DNA of 64,000 nucleotides from an uncultured Candidatus Saccharibacteria bacterium (GTDB lineage Bacteria; Patescibacteriota; Minisyncoccia; Phycocordibacterales; CAYSCM01): NCBI GenBank assembly GCA_964429815.1, contig CAYSCM010000001.1, positions 128,001 to 192,000 of the forward strand, read 5' to 3'. Shown piece by piece: positions 28,062 to 37,261 of this stretch (position 1 is its first letter; each line of letters starts with the position of its first letter). The notes under the pieces were generated by a model. It saw only the letters and a program-made list of their open reading frames with translations, ran no database searches and was not told where the DNA came from. The position numbers and the translations under genes were made by a program.

Positions 28062-29492
28062 ATGAAAATGACCGAGGAACTTAAAACGATTTTTTATTAC
28101 AACGTACTTGAAGGAATAGAAAAACTGGTTCCGAAGTTTGTTTTTGATGAAAATAGAATTGCTCGTAATGACACTTCTTTCAAGGTCTACTTGCAAACAC
28201 TAAAACTCTATACGAGGATTCTAACTTCTCTGGACCAACAAACCGACTCTCTGTATCGAAAATTCGAGGAGAAGCGCCTGCGTAAGATATTCGAACTTGC
28301 GAACCAAACCACTTGGTGGCAACAATATTTTAGAAAGCACAACATTAATCCTTCTCTGCTCCGAAGCCTCGCCGATCTTGCTCTCATTCCACCTATTTCG
28401 CGATTTGATCTCGTAGATCTCCCCAAAAAAGATCTCCTCCTTTTTTCTGAAAACGACCCACACCTAGTATGGAGAAGTTCTGGCGGAAGCACTACCGGCA
28501 CTCCATTTCAATGGGCTCTCAATAAAAATCTACTTACATTTCATGTAATGGCTAGATTCGTCACTGCCTTTGAAGAGCACTCCCTATCTTTTGATACTTT
28601 TGCTACCAAAGGAGCTTATACGGAAATTAATTATCCACATGGATCCCATCGTTCCGAATTTAAATGGTTTTCGATTGGAGACTATTTTGCGTGGAGTGAC
28701 GAAAAAGAAAGCGGATCAAAATTGAATCATCTTGTCTCAATTCTTCAAAAGAATGAGCCTTTAATAGTCCGCATAATTCCAAGTGAACTTCATTGGCTTA
28801 CGGGAGAGTTTAAAGAAAAGAACCTCTCCATTCCTGTAGCTCTTTTTTCAGTTACAGGACAGCAGCTGCAACCCGGAGTTAGAAAACTTGCTGAAGATTA
28901 TTTTAAATGTCCCGTGCTCGTCCATTATGGAGCTCAGGAGATGGGGCCTCTATCGCTCGAATGTAAAGATGTGCATGGTTACTACCACATTTTTCGCGAG
29001 CGTGTAATTGTGGAAATTCTTGATACCGAGGGCAGATCTGTGCCCCCAGGTAGTGAGGGAAACCTCACAATAACAGTTCTCGACAACACCGCCATGCCTC
29101 TTATCCGTTACCAGCCCGGTGATTTGGCTGCGCTCCATACTGATATTTCCTGTTCTTGTCGTAATAGATCACCACTTTTGGAGATCCGAAGTCGATCTAC
29201 CGACGTATTTAAATTCGACAATGGAGAGATCCTGCCAGCAAGAAATGTTTTAAGAATTTTTGGTAGTGAACCACTTGTTTCTTTAGTAAAACGGTTTCAG
29301 GTACGTCAAGAACAGTTTAATTCCTGCGCCATTTTAATCCAACCTCGCGATTCGATATCCGAGAATGTTATATCTATACTTCGAAACAAGCTGCATGCGT
29401 TTTATGGAGGGAAACTCAAGGTCACGATTAAAGTAGTACACCATCTCCAACAAGATGGGAGGAAGTTTAAGGTGTTTGTGCCATTGAAATAG
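28062..29492 (+). CDS. Adenylate-forming enzyme, PaaK/CapK/F390-synthetase-like (ANL superfamily)
   Basis: SSGGSTTGTPF (PaaK-type P-loop SSGTTGxP), HYGAQEMGP, RYQPGDL hinge; low-GC island gene. A TTG at 28029 is possible as an alternative start. Confidence 0.7.
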   Translation: MKMTEELKTIFYYNVLEGIEKLVPKFVFDENRIARNDTSFKVYLQTLKLYTRILTSLDQQTDSLYRKFEEKRLRKIFELANQTTWWQQYFRKHNINPSLLRSLADLALIPPISRFDLVDLPKKDLLLFSENDPHLVWRSSGGSTTGTPFQWALNKNLLTFHVMARFVTAFEEHSLSFDTFATKGAYTEINYPHGSHRSEFKWFSIGDYFAWSDEKESGSKLNHLVSILQKNEPLIVRIIPSELHWLTGEFKEKNLSIPVALFSVTGQQLQPGVRKLAEDYFKCPVLVHYGAQEMGPLSLECKDVHGYYHIFRERVIVEILDTEGRSVPPGSEGNLTITVLDNTAMPLIRYQPGDLAALHTDISCSCRNRSPLLEIRSRSTDVFKFDNGEILPARNVLRIFGSEPLVSLVKRFQVRQEQFNSCAILIQPRDSISENVISILRNKLHAFYGGKLKVTIKVVHHLQQDGRKFKVFVPLK

Positions 29493-29494
29493 GA

Positions 29495-30259
29495 TTAGTT
29501 TGGAAATTCTGCGAGTTCGCACAGGCGATCATAGAGATTTTGAATTTTTTTTGGAACACTCGTGGATACAAATGTTCGTTTCCTTTCTGGTTTTATACTT
29601 TCGGTATTAATTTTTCCTCCAATTACGTTCGCCAACTTGTTGAGTCCGTCCGGAGAATAGAGCTGGTCTAAATGCATGAATAGCCATGAATCGCCCTTTT
29701 TAAAATGTTTTTCCAAGATGTGCTCATTAAGGCAAAACCAAGCTTCTAAACTCTTTTCATAGTTAATTTTAAACTCTTTCATAAGTTCAAACTCATCTAC
29801 AAACCTAAGAATACTCCGCGCCGTCTCTGCCGGATGTCTAAACATACAAACGAAGGTGGTTTTAGGAATAAAGGGTTTCCAAGCGCTTAGAGTGTAAGAA
29901 AATCGTGGATCTTTTAGGCAAAAGGGTGTTTTCTGAACCTGCCTTAAGATCTCTTGCTCCTGCGTTTTGGTGGCAATAATGGGTTTATCAAGGGGAATGC
30001 GTGCCAACCAGCGTTGCCATCGCTTAGGAATATGAAAATAGTTAGAATCATGTTCGTGTGGTCGTGCAGGCACTACATTCGACAGAATATCCTCATTAAT
30101 CGATCGAATGCTTATCGACTCAAAGGTTCCATCGGGATTTGAAACTCTCGGCGGAACAAACTCACCCCCAGAATAGTAGTGCGGGTTTCCCCTTATAATT
30201 GCTCCCGCCGCGGCACTTGTGCCACTCCTTCCACACCCAAGCACGATGACATTTCTCAT
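29495..30259 (-). CDS. Sulfotransferase-family-like protein (5'-PSB P-loop)
   Basis: N-terminal VIVLGCGRSGTSAAAGAI resembles the RSGTT PAPS-binding loop of the Sulfotransfer_3/RaxST-like family; convergent with the ligase gene. Confidence 0.6.
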   Translation of the reverse strand: MRNVIVLGCGRSGTSAAAGAIIRGNPHYYSGGEFVPPRVSNPDGTFESISIRSINEDILSNVVPARPHEHDSNYFHIPKRWQRWLARIPLDKPIIATKTQEQEILRQVQKTPFCLKDPRFSYTLSAWKPFIPKTTFVCMFRHPAETARSILRFVDEFELMKEFKINYEKSLEAWFCLNEHILEKHFKKGDSWLFMHLDQLYSPDGLNKLANVIGGKINTESIKPERKRTFVSTSVPKKIQNLYDRLCELAEFPN

Positions 30260-30342
30260 TCGGCGATTATACCTGAGGAAATTCAATATATGCGATTTTC
30301 CTAGGAAAGGATTTAAAATGAAAGAAGTGGATGGAGGAACCT

Positions 30343-30555
30343 ATGTCGGAACAAACAATCTCCCCGAGACTTTACGCCTGGATTGTATGGACTACACTCT
30401 GCGCCACTGTTCTTTTTACAGCCAGCGCTTGGTGGATAACAGACGGAGATGTCAAAGCGATTTTTACAACTTTTACTCTTTCGATGGTGCTAATCCAACT
30501 CGTTCTTTGGTTGTGCGTTTTTTTTCTCAAAAAACACCCCTTTTTCTCCAAGTGA
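30343..30555 (+). CDS. Possible small 2-TM membrane peptide (70 aa)
   Basis: GGAGG 7 nt before the ATG; two hydrophobic helices. It overlaps the 3' end of the convergent oxidase gene by 66 nt, so it may be spurious. Confidence 0.3.
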   Translation: MSEQTISPRLYAWIVWTTLCATVLFTASAWWITDGDVKAIFTTFTLSMVLIQLVLWLCVFFLKKHPFFSK

Positions 30556-32229
30556 AGTACTTGATACCTCGGGAAACCGAGGTTCTTTTTTTCTAAGTAG
30601 TGGTATATACCTGCCAGGGGAAATGATATCTCGTGAATCGATGGCTTCTTTTATTTTTTTTGCAACTTTCCAAAACTCTACGTCTTCTTTAACTACAAGG
30701 TGCATATGCTTTGCTGTCGCCCTTTGAATCTGTGCTCCAGCTTCTTTTGTACGATACGCGAGCATCTCATAACATGCGTGTGCTCTCTGAGTCTCCTCCG
30801 GGGAGCTCTTATTGAAAAGAATAGTACAAGAGATGAAAAGTGTCCGATCCGAAAAGTTCAAAAGGTTTATAATGGGATCGATTTGAAACTTTGCTAATAT
30901 TTCATGCGCAATAGTCAAAAAACGATTAATATTAGTTTTCTGCATTGGGAGAACCGTCGCAAAGAGAATAAATCCACATTCTGGATCAGAGTCATAATTT
31001 AAATTTTTATTTAAGAAATTCTCCCGATCAAGGGGGGACATCCCTCCAATTTTTTTCCAAAAGGGAAGTATCGGATTTCTAGCCGAATGATTTCCTTCAA
31101 TCGAACTCAAATATGAAATCACCATAGGCATAAATGCTAGGTGTTTTTGAAACCATCCTGGAGTAATTTTTTTGAGTAAACGTAACCAAAAGCTGAGGTT
31201 TGAGGAAAAAAAACTTATCCGTGACGAATGGGGGTGATAAAAATCGTAGACCGTACGCCGAGCCGCCTTGACGACCGATCGAGGTCCTTGAATACTTCCA
31301 AAGACGATCCATTCAGAAAGCCCATTTTTTCGCAAGTATATACGAGCAATATGTTCATGTATTGCCCTTCCCGATGCGGCGTACTCTTTTTTATATTCTG
31401 TCAACCTCGTCAAAGTTCTACCTGGACCCTGAATCTTAATTGCTGGGACGATTCCAGGTAATCGTTGCAATACTTCTCGAGAGGCATCAACGATGTCCCC
31501 GACAGCATCGTTTTGTTTTGTAATAATGAAGAAAGTTTCCGTATATTCCTGTTTGCGCGAGAGAGCAAATGTTGCCCTTGTTACAATGCCCAAGTTGCTT
31601 TGCGCAAAGAGTCCATCGATATACGGACCAACTCCCCATTTGTAGAAGGCATCCGATATTTCTTTATCTGGATCAATAAGCGGAGATTTATACACATCTC
31701 CGTTAGGAAGTACCACCTCAATTCCAATTAGAGACGAAAACCGGTCGACGGGCATAGTTGCACTAAGTCCACGTTCAAGCATATTTCCAATAAGGCTCGA
31801 TGACGGTCCGGCACCCGTAAGAGGGGGTAAAAATTCAATCTTATGCTTGGTAAGAAAATGCTCGAGCTCTCCCGTAGTAACTCCGGGTTCAACGGTAATA
31901 AAACCTAGGTCGGCATGCGGTGCAGTGATTTTCTTCATATTAGATAGATCAAGAATCACCGCACCTTCAATGGGTGGGGTCGCGCTACCATAGCCCCAAT
32001 TATGCCCAATACTTATGGGGTATACGGGAACTTCACATTGCCAAGCAATTTTAAGAATTAGAGAAATTTCTTTTTCATTTTCTGGAAGCAAAGCTCCCCC
32101 GATCTGCTTACTATCTAACTCTATTGTTGACGCACCATAACGTTCCTGAGCCACATCTGGAGGCAAGACTCTTGAGTTTCCGAGTAATCCCCTCCATTGT
32201 TCTAATGCCTCGGTAAGCCCCTCTGACAT
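30490..32229 (-). CDS. FAD-linked oxidase (VAO/PCMH-type FAD-binding domain)
   Basis: VYPISIGHNWGYGSATPPIEGAVILDLSNMKKI...GFITVEPGVTTGEL; island gene. Confidence 0.8.
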   Translation of the reverse strand: MSEGLTEALEQWRGLLGNSRVLPPDVAQERYGASTIELDSKQIGGALLPENEKEISLILKIAWQCEVPVYPISIGHNWGYGSATPPIEGAVILDLSNMKKITAPHADLGFITVEPGVTTGELEHFLTKHKIEFLPPLTGAGPSSSLIGNMLERGLSATMPVDRFSSLIGIEVVLPNGDVYKSPLIDPDKEISDAFYKWGVGPYIDGLFAQSNLGIVTRATFALSRKQEYTETFFIITKQNDAVGDIVDASREVLQRLPGIVPAIKIQGPGRTLTRLTEYKKEYAASGRAIHEHIARIYLRKNGLSEWIVFGSIQGPRSVVKAARRTVYDFYHPHSSRISFFSSNLSFWLRLLKKITPGWFQKHLAFMPMVISYLSSIEGNHSARNPILPFWKKIGGMSPLDRENFLNKNLNYDSDPECGFILFATVLPMQKTNINRFLTIAHEILAKFQIDPIINLLNFSDRTLFISCTILFNKSSPEETQRAHACYEMLAYRTKEAGAQIQRATAKHMHLVVKEDVEFWKVAKKIKEAIDSRDIISPGRYIPLLRKKEPRFPEVSSTSLGEKGVFFEKKNAQPKNELD

Positions 32230-32290
32230 GCAGTAAGGCTATCATGAACTCTCCTTTGCTGGGTGCGAACTAATTCGCTTGGAGATTCAA

Positions 32291-33421
32291 CTAAAAATTG
32301 AAGCCGACGCTAAGCAAAAACGTTTTGAATTCGGAAGAAACAGCAGCTAATTTCTCTGCGCGAGCTTTCAAAAAATCTGAATCTGAACGAGTAGCGAGAT
32401 CTGAGAAAAAATTACGAATTATGACATTCTGGAACGAATCTGCAGTAGCTTCACTGAATTTTTGGAGAGTCAGCTTGATGTCGGATATCCGCTCATTTCC
32501 ATAAAACTCTAGAAGAAAGTTTGCATAGAAAAATCTAGCCTGCATAAAGACACCCCGCGTTTGATAACTTTCCTCATCTTCTCCCACTTTCGGTAAAGCG
32601 TCCTGGAACGCCATCTCTCGCTCCTGAACTGCAATGTTTTTTAATACTCGGCTACTCGCGTTCATGCTGATAGCACGATAAAGACGCTGTCTTGCTACAT
32701 GACTTGGTTCATATACCAAAGAGCTTTTGGACATATCGCCTCGTTTGATAAGTTCCTGAATTCTTGTGGCAAGAGTTTCCTTAGTCATTCCATTTGGAAT
32801 AAAATTATTCGTTAGGAAACCGCTATATAGATATGCCGCTGAATAATTTGCGAGTGAATTTGGATATTTCTGGTCAGAAAGTAGGAAAAAATTAATTGCG
32901 ACTAGACGCATATCTTCAGATGTAGAGGTTGCGGGCAAAAAAGAATTGTAGGGGGCTTCCTTGAAATTTGTTTCATAAAAAGTTCGGTCGCGAGAAGCTA
33001 TAAGAAAACCGATATCATCCAGAGCAGCGGCTATATTTGCAGGTGAGGAGGATGTATCGGCCAGAAAAGTTTTGTATATCTGCAGAGCCTCGGTTCGGTC
33101 ATTTCCCTCATTTCGGTTCCAAAGATCGAACGCTAGCATTGCATTTAGATGAAATTTTGTATTACTGTCCTGCGCCTCGATGATGAGGCTCCTCTCAGCA
33201 TCAATCGAACCATTCAAATCTCCACTATGATGGAGAGTGTGTGCTTCTTCATAATTTTTCCCGAACAATGTCATGGTGGCGTTACCTTTGTAGTACAAAG
33301 CATACCAATAGTAAACACCACCTGAAATCGCAACAACTAAAAGAATCAGAGTTAGGCGGAATGCTACTCTAGAGCTTTGCGGTCGTGATCCGATTGATTG
33401 CTGATCTGGAGAACTCTCCAT
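32291..33421 (-). CDS. Membrane-anchored hypothetical protein (N-terminal TM helix, ~330 aa extracytoplasmic domain)
   Basis: FRLTLILLVVAISGGVYYWYALYY TM helix; no known domain; island gene. Confidence 0.65.
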   Translation of the reverse strand: MESSPDQQSIGSRPQSSRVAFRLTLILLVVAISGGVYYWYALYYKGNATMTLFGKNYEEAHTLHHSGDLNGSIDAERSLIIEAQDSNTKFHLNAMLAFDLWNRNEGNDRTEALQIYKTFLADTSSSPANIAAALDDIGFLIASRDRTFYETNFKEAPYNSFLPATSTSEDMRLVAINFFLLSDQKYPNSLANYSAAYLYSGFLTNNFIPNGMTKETLATRIQELIKRGDMSKSSLVYEPSHVARQRLYRAISMNASSRVLKNIAVQEREMAFQDALPKVGEDEESYQTRGVFMQARFFYANFLLEFYGNERISDIKLTLQKFSEATADSFQNVIIRNFFSDLATRSDSDFLKARAEKLAAVSSEFKTFLLSVGFNF

Positions 33422-33439
33422 ATTCAAACGCTAGATTTT

Positions 33440-33751
33440 TTAGCAACACTCAAGACCACCACCTTGCACCGACGCTTCACAACTTCCTCCTCCCCCACCC
33501 CCTTCAGCAAATCCATATCCCGATTCAGAATAATATGATGACTGGCCATAGTATCCTGACTGGCCGTAGTACGTAGATTGACTATAAGGAGTATCGGCTG
33601 AAGTAACGTTTGGAACGGCAAGTCCGCCAAGATTCCCTACTGATGGCACAGCGGCTGACGAATCTTTATTCAATAGATTAGTGAAGAAAATAAAAACTAC
33701 CAGAGAGGCAAGTGACAAAGCATTGATAACTAGTTGTCCAAGCGAACGCAT
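33440..33751 (-). CDS. Small Tyr/Gly/Ser-rich protein with hydrophobic N-terminus and C-terminal ...SCEASVQGGGLECC; candidate precursor/substrate peptide
   Basis: 103-aa ORF directly downstream of the YcaO gene; YYGQSGYYGQSSYYSESGY repeats, a Gly6 tract and a terminal Cys-Cys. Confidence 0.55.
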   Translation of the reverse strand: MRSLGQLVINALSLASLVVFIFFTNLLNKDSSAAVPSVGNLGGLAVPNVTSADTPYSQSTYYGQSGYYGQSSYYSESGYGFAEGGGGGGSCEASVQGGGLECC

Positions 33752-33801
33752 ATGTTAATAATACCAAGTTGGACAAAGTAGCCCAAGAACTTATGAACAC
33801 C

Positions 33802-35334
33802 CTATGGAAACGGGTGGGGTGTCACATTCACCTCAAAGTCACTGCTATCTTTATATCCGAAAGGATATAAACGAGAAGAGCCGAGAGGTGCAAACGTTTC
33901 ATTCATATAAAGAGAAATAAGCCCGGGAACACAGATTTTTACTGAATGATAGTTGAGTTTTCGTAGAATGGGATGACTAGCTTCAAATAAAAATACTTCG
34001 TAAGCAGGACCTCTCGCCTTAAATAGTTCCAGTAACTCATCGAGTCTTTCTCGTGGGGATCGGATAGTTTTATCTTTCCTCAAAAAAGGTACGGGGGTGG
34101 CTGCGATAAAAAAAGAAAACCTGTCGAGAAGTTCTGGTTTCGCCCATAAGAGCTGGCGATTGAAAGCACCCCACTCAAGCGTAAAAGGTTCTATTGAATT
34201 CAGGGAAGGAAGTTCGTCACTTGGTTCATTAACGTTTTGCCAAATGCGCACACTGAGCGCCTCAACAAGAGCTCGTAACAACGAATCTTCGTCATCACCC
34301 CCACACCCACCACCAAGACTTACTGCAGCTCCTCTCCCAGTCCTATCTAACACTGCGGCAATATACACCGGAATACCTACAGCAGAGTCTAGCTGCATAA
34401 AATGAACTTCTAGACCTGCCTCCCTACATTCTTTAAGATGGTGGGTAATACGCGGATCGGTGAATGACTCGACACTTATTTTTTTTGGGATGCGTTTGGT
34501 AAGCCAGTACAGTAAAAATGCATCACGTTGAATAAGTTCATAAAGTCCCGATAGAATCGCCTCATCTCTAGTGAACATTCCCCCCGCCCCATTAGTGTTA
34601 GATTCACGTAACACGGGCTCACCCTCTGTTGCGCGGTAGTTAAAAAAAACCAGTTGTGCGGGAATGAGAGCGTCACGACGTTTTGTCAACGAATAACCTT
34701 CAACAAAGTTAAAAATGCTGTCCCTGGTAAAAAACCGTCTGGGAAAACGTTTTTTCTGCCATGTCGAAGCATGTGAAGCAAGGAAAGGGTCGAGGAAGTG
34801 TCTTTTCCCGCGCTCCAAATCGCTAATTGAGGCTCGGCACAGATCTTTTTCGCGATAAATTGATAGCGGGTAACGCTCGAGTAGTTCCCCGAATACCTTC
34901 GAGAGTGCTTCTTGTATATCACCAGATATCCCCCTACTGTATCCTCCGCTTGCCACTTCTGGGGAACCATCGGTTGGAGAATTTGCTGCCCAGAGCCTTA
35001 CCGCGAAAAGACTTGGCTCCCCATGTAAAACCTTATCGAAGGTAATGTTCGGTTGCTTTAAAACTCCATTTGCATATAAGTACTGGCTCAATATTTGCCA
35101 TTCTGGAGGAATAGGATATTGCTGGGTCGGAAGAATTTCTGGATAAGAAGGCAACGGGTGGCCATGTTTCAGTCGAAGTATATCGGCGAAAGAAACGGGT
35201 AAATGATATCGAAAATGTGGGCCGACTGGGTAGCGCAAAGGATAATTTACCTGGTTATAAAAAGGTAGATAGGTGCCTAGACCTCGTTGGTTTTCGGAAT
35301 TTTTTTCTAAAACCGTAATCGGTTGGTTAAGCAT
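33802..35334 (-). CDS. YcaO-domain protein (ATP-dependent amide-backbone activating enzyme)
   Basis: ALSKVFGELLERY (ExxER), SNTNGAGGMFTRDEAILSGLYELIQRDA (matches E. coli YcaO [26 protein letters not shown]), and a terminal proline-rich ...VTPHPFP motif. Start chosen at Met 35334, 2 nt after the upstream stop; the longest ORF would begin at 35460. Confidence 0.82.
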   Translation of the reverse strand: MLNQPITVLEKNSENQRGLGTYLPFYNQVNYPLRYPVGPHFRYHLPVSFADILRLKHGHPLPSYPEILPTQQYPIPPEWQILSQYLYANGVLKQPNITFDKVLHGEPSLFAVRLWAANSPTDGSPEVASGGYSRGISGDIQEALSKVFGELLERYPLSIYREKDLCRASISDLERGKRHFLDPFLASHASTWQKKRFPRRFFTRDSIFNFVEGYSLTKRRDALIPAQLVFFNYRATEGEPVLRESNTNGAGGMFTRDEAILSGLYELIQRDAFLLYWLTKRIPKKISVESFTDPRITHHLKECREAGLEVHFMQLDSAVGIPVYIAAVLDRTGRGAAVSLGGGCGGDDEDSLLRALVEALSVRIWQNVNEPSDELPSLNSIEPFTLEWGAFNRQLLWAKPELLDRFSFFIAATPVPFLRKDKTIRSPRERLDELLELFKARGPAYEVFLFEASHPILRKLNYHSVKICVPGLISLYMNETFAPLGSSRLYPFGYKDSSDFEVNVTPHPFP

Positions 35335-37216
35335 GTTTTTTATATAAAAGCCTTGATATACCGAGTAAAATATGTGCGCTGGAATCAACCCACGCATCGG
35401 GGTTATTGTTATCGTGACGAAATCCTCCAACAAGCTTGTCTTGTCGTTCTTTAGGAACAAAAAAAAGATTGGTTTCGTCGTACTGCATTTTAGAAAGCCA
35501 ATCTAGCGCTCTAGCAAGGACTACTTTGTTGTTTTTCGAGTCAACAGCCAAAACCTCAAAAATTTTTCCTGTACCTCGGGTAAAAGAAAAAACAGAATTT
35601 TTTGTTCGAGGAAATGACCCGTCACTATTTTGTGAATTTTTCATCCAGAAAGTCACACGGTCCACAACCTCCATATTGTGGGGGAAGAAAAGATTTACAA
35701 GTTCAGCGTATAAAGCAAACTCAATACCTTCTCGTTTCTCTATATCTTGGTCAAATTTTTCAACCAAACGTCTCTCAAGAACCGGGGCTCCGCTTTGCTC
35801 CCACTGTGCAACAGGCATAATGAGTCGAGCCAGACCAAGCGCATGTGACAGCGTTATCACATCGTCACGCCAATAAAGTGGCAATAGGGACGCTAAAAAT
35901 TTTTCTGCAAGCTTTCTTTCACCGAGAGCCCAGGCTGCTTTGCCCAGATAAGCTCTAGTTAGATCAGCGCCGGCAATTTCTCTGGGGCGCCGATCCAATT
36001 GCTTTTCTATAGCCGCCATGCCACGATGTGCCGCCTTAACATAGTCCCGTCCAATCGATATTTTGGAAAATTCCGCAAGCGCCCACACAGCATATGCCTG
36101 CCTGGGCCAATCAGCAGTAGGAGAAGTGTCCTTTCGAGCCGAGACAATGACACGGAAATTTCCATCTGCGTCTTGATTAAAAGAAAGCCAGGTGGCAATT
36201 TTTTGTGCGACAGCAATTTCATTCTCCGCATTTTCTTGTACAATAGGCCCCTTTAGCGAATATATAGTTCCTATTCTTTGCGGAAATTCTATAAGATCTT
36301 CCACTTCGAAACTTACTGTCTCGGCTTTATCGATTGAACCCTGTATCGAAGCTTTTTCCCTGGCAAGGTTTAATAACAATTCGGGCATTCCGGAAAAATG
36401 TCGAATATTGAATATTTCCGGCAAAAACCAACCGCGATGGCTGCCGAGAGCCAAAAGATACCCCTTATCAGTGTATATGTCGCTGTTCTGTTTTTCTTTT
36501 TGTGTGAGCGGAATACGTAAATGACCCATAAGCGTAATTTCGATTACGACAGTTTCAAGCTCACTAGGGCCTATAGGTTTAAAACGTGGATCTCGAGCAG
36601 CCATCATAGCCGCCGTGGCAACTGCTTGTCCGATTTCCTTATTTTCTATGATGATGGAGCCGCGAAATTGTCCCTCAATCCAGAATGCTACATCAACATC
36701 ATTACGTAAGTGTAGACGCGTAGATCTTTGTGGAAGAATAAATTTTTCATCTCCATTATTGACATAATGTGTAAGTGCATGCCGGGCAATCCTGAATAAC
36801 TCCTTCTTTTCTTCATTTAATAAACCCCACCGTAATGGCTGCGGTGAAACGTTTCGCTTTTTCGACTCACGTATCTGGATAGTTGGCGAGGAATATAGGA
36901 TGGCCCACATTTCATCTACTTCCACGGATATCGGTGAATATTCGATAATAAATGTTATAGAGTCTTTGGAAGGAGGTGGGGGGATTTCGATAGGATGGTC
37001 ACCATACGTGAGCGGAAATGAAAAAGAAAAATATCTAACCTTCCCCTTCCCTCTTAAACAAAGGATGTCCTCTTTATTCGCCAATGTGCTAATAAAAAGA
37101 AAAGTTTCTTCAATTTGACGAGAAAAATGTTTGTTAAAAAATCTCTTATGGGGGGTGAAAAAAAAACCCTTTCGCATGATGAAGGCATCATAACACTCAG
37201 AAAATATCTGTAACAA
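35327..37216 (-). CDS. Fusion protein: AMMECR1 domain + C-terminal alpha/alpha-toroid repeat domain (Q-x-x-D-G-x-F repeats, prenyltransferase/terpene-cyclase-like)
   Basis: GQFRGSIIIEN...AAMMAARDPRFKPIGPSELETVVIEITLM and GWFLPEI match the AMMECR1 RGCIG...DRRFPPL...TYLPEV pattern. C-terminal NQDADGNFRV and NSQNSDGSFPRT toroid repeats. Start is TTG 37216 or ATG 37177. Confidence 0.7.
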   Translation of the reverse strand: MLQIFSECYDAFIMRKGFFFTPHKRFFNKHFSRQIEETFLFISTLANKEDILCLRGKGKVRYFSFSFPLTYGDHPIEIPPPPSKDSITFIIEYSPISVEVDEMWAILYSSPTIQIRESKKRNVSPQPLRWGLLNEEKKELFRIARHALTHYVNNGDEKFILPQRSTRLHLRNDVDVAFWIEGQFRGSIIIENKEIGQAVATAAMMAARDPRFKPIGPSELETVVIEITLMGHLRIPLTQKEKQNSDIYTDKGYLLALGSHRGWFLPEIFNIRHFSGMPELLLNLAREKASIQGSIDKAETVSFEVEDLIEFPQRIGTIYSLKGPIVQENAENEIAVAQKIATWLSFNQDADGNFRVIVSARKDTSPTADWPRQAYAVWALAEFSKISIGRDYVKAAHRGMAAIEKQLDRRPREIAGADLTRAYLGKAAWALGERKLAEKFLASLLPLYWRDDVITLSHALGLARLIMPVAQWEQSGAPVLERRLVEKFDQDIEKREGIEFALYAELVNLFFPHNMEVVDRVTFWMKNSQNSDGSFPRTKNSVFSFTRGTGKIFEVLAVDSKNNKVVLARALDWLSKMQYDETNLFFVPKERQDKLVGGFRHDNNNPDAWVDSSAHILLGISRLLYKKHA

Positions 37217-37261
37217 AACTAGAAAAAAACGCTTTGCTCTGGTAGGATTCGACCACTATCT

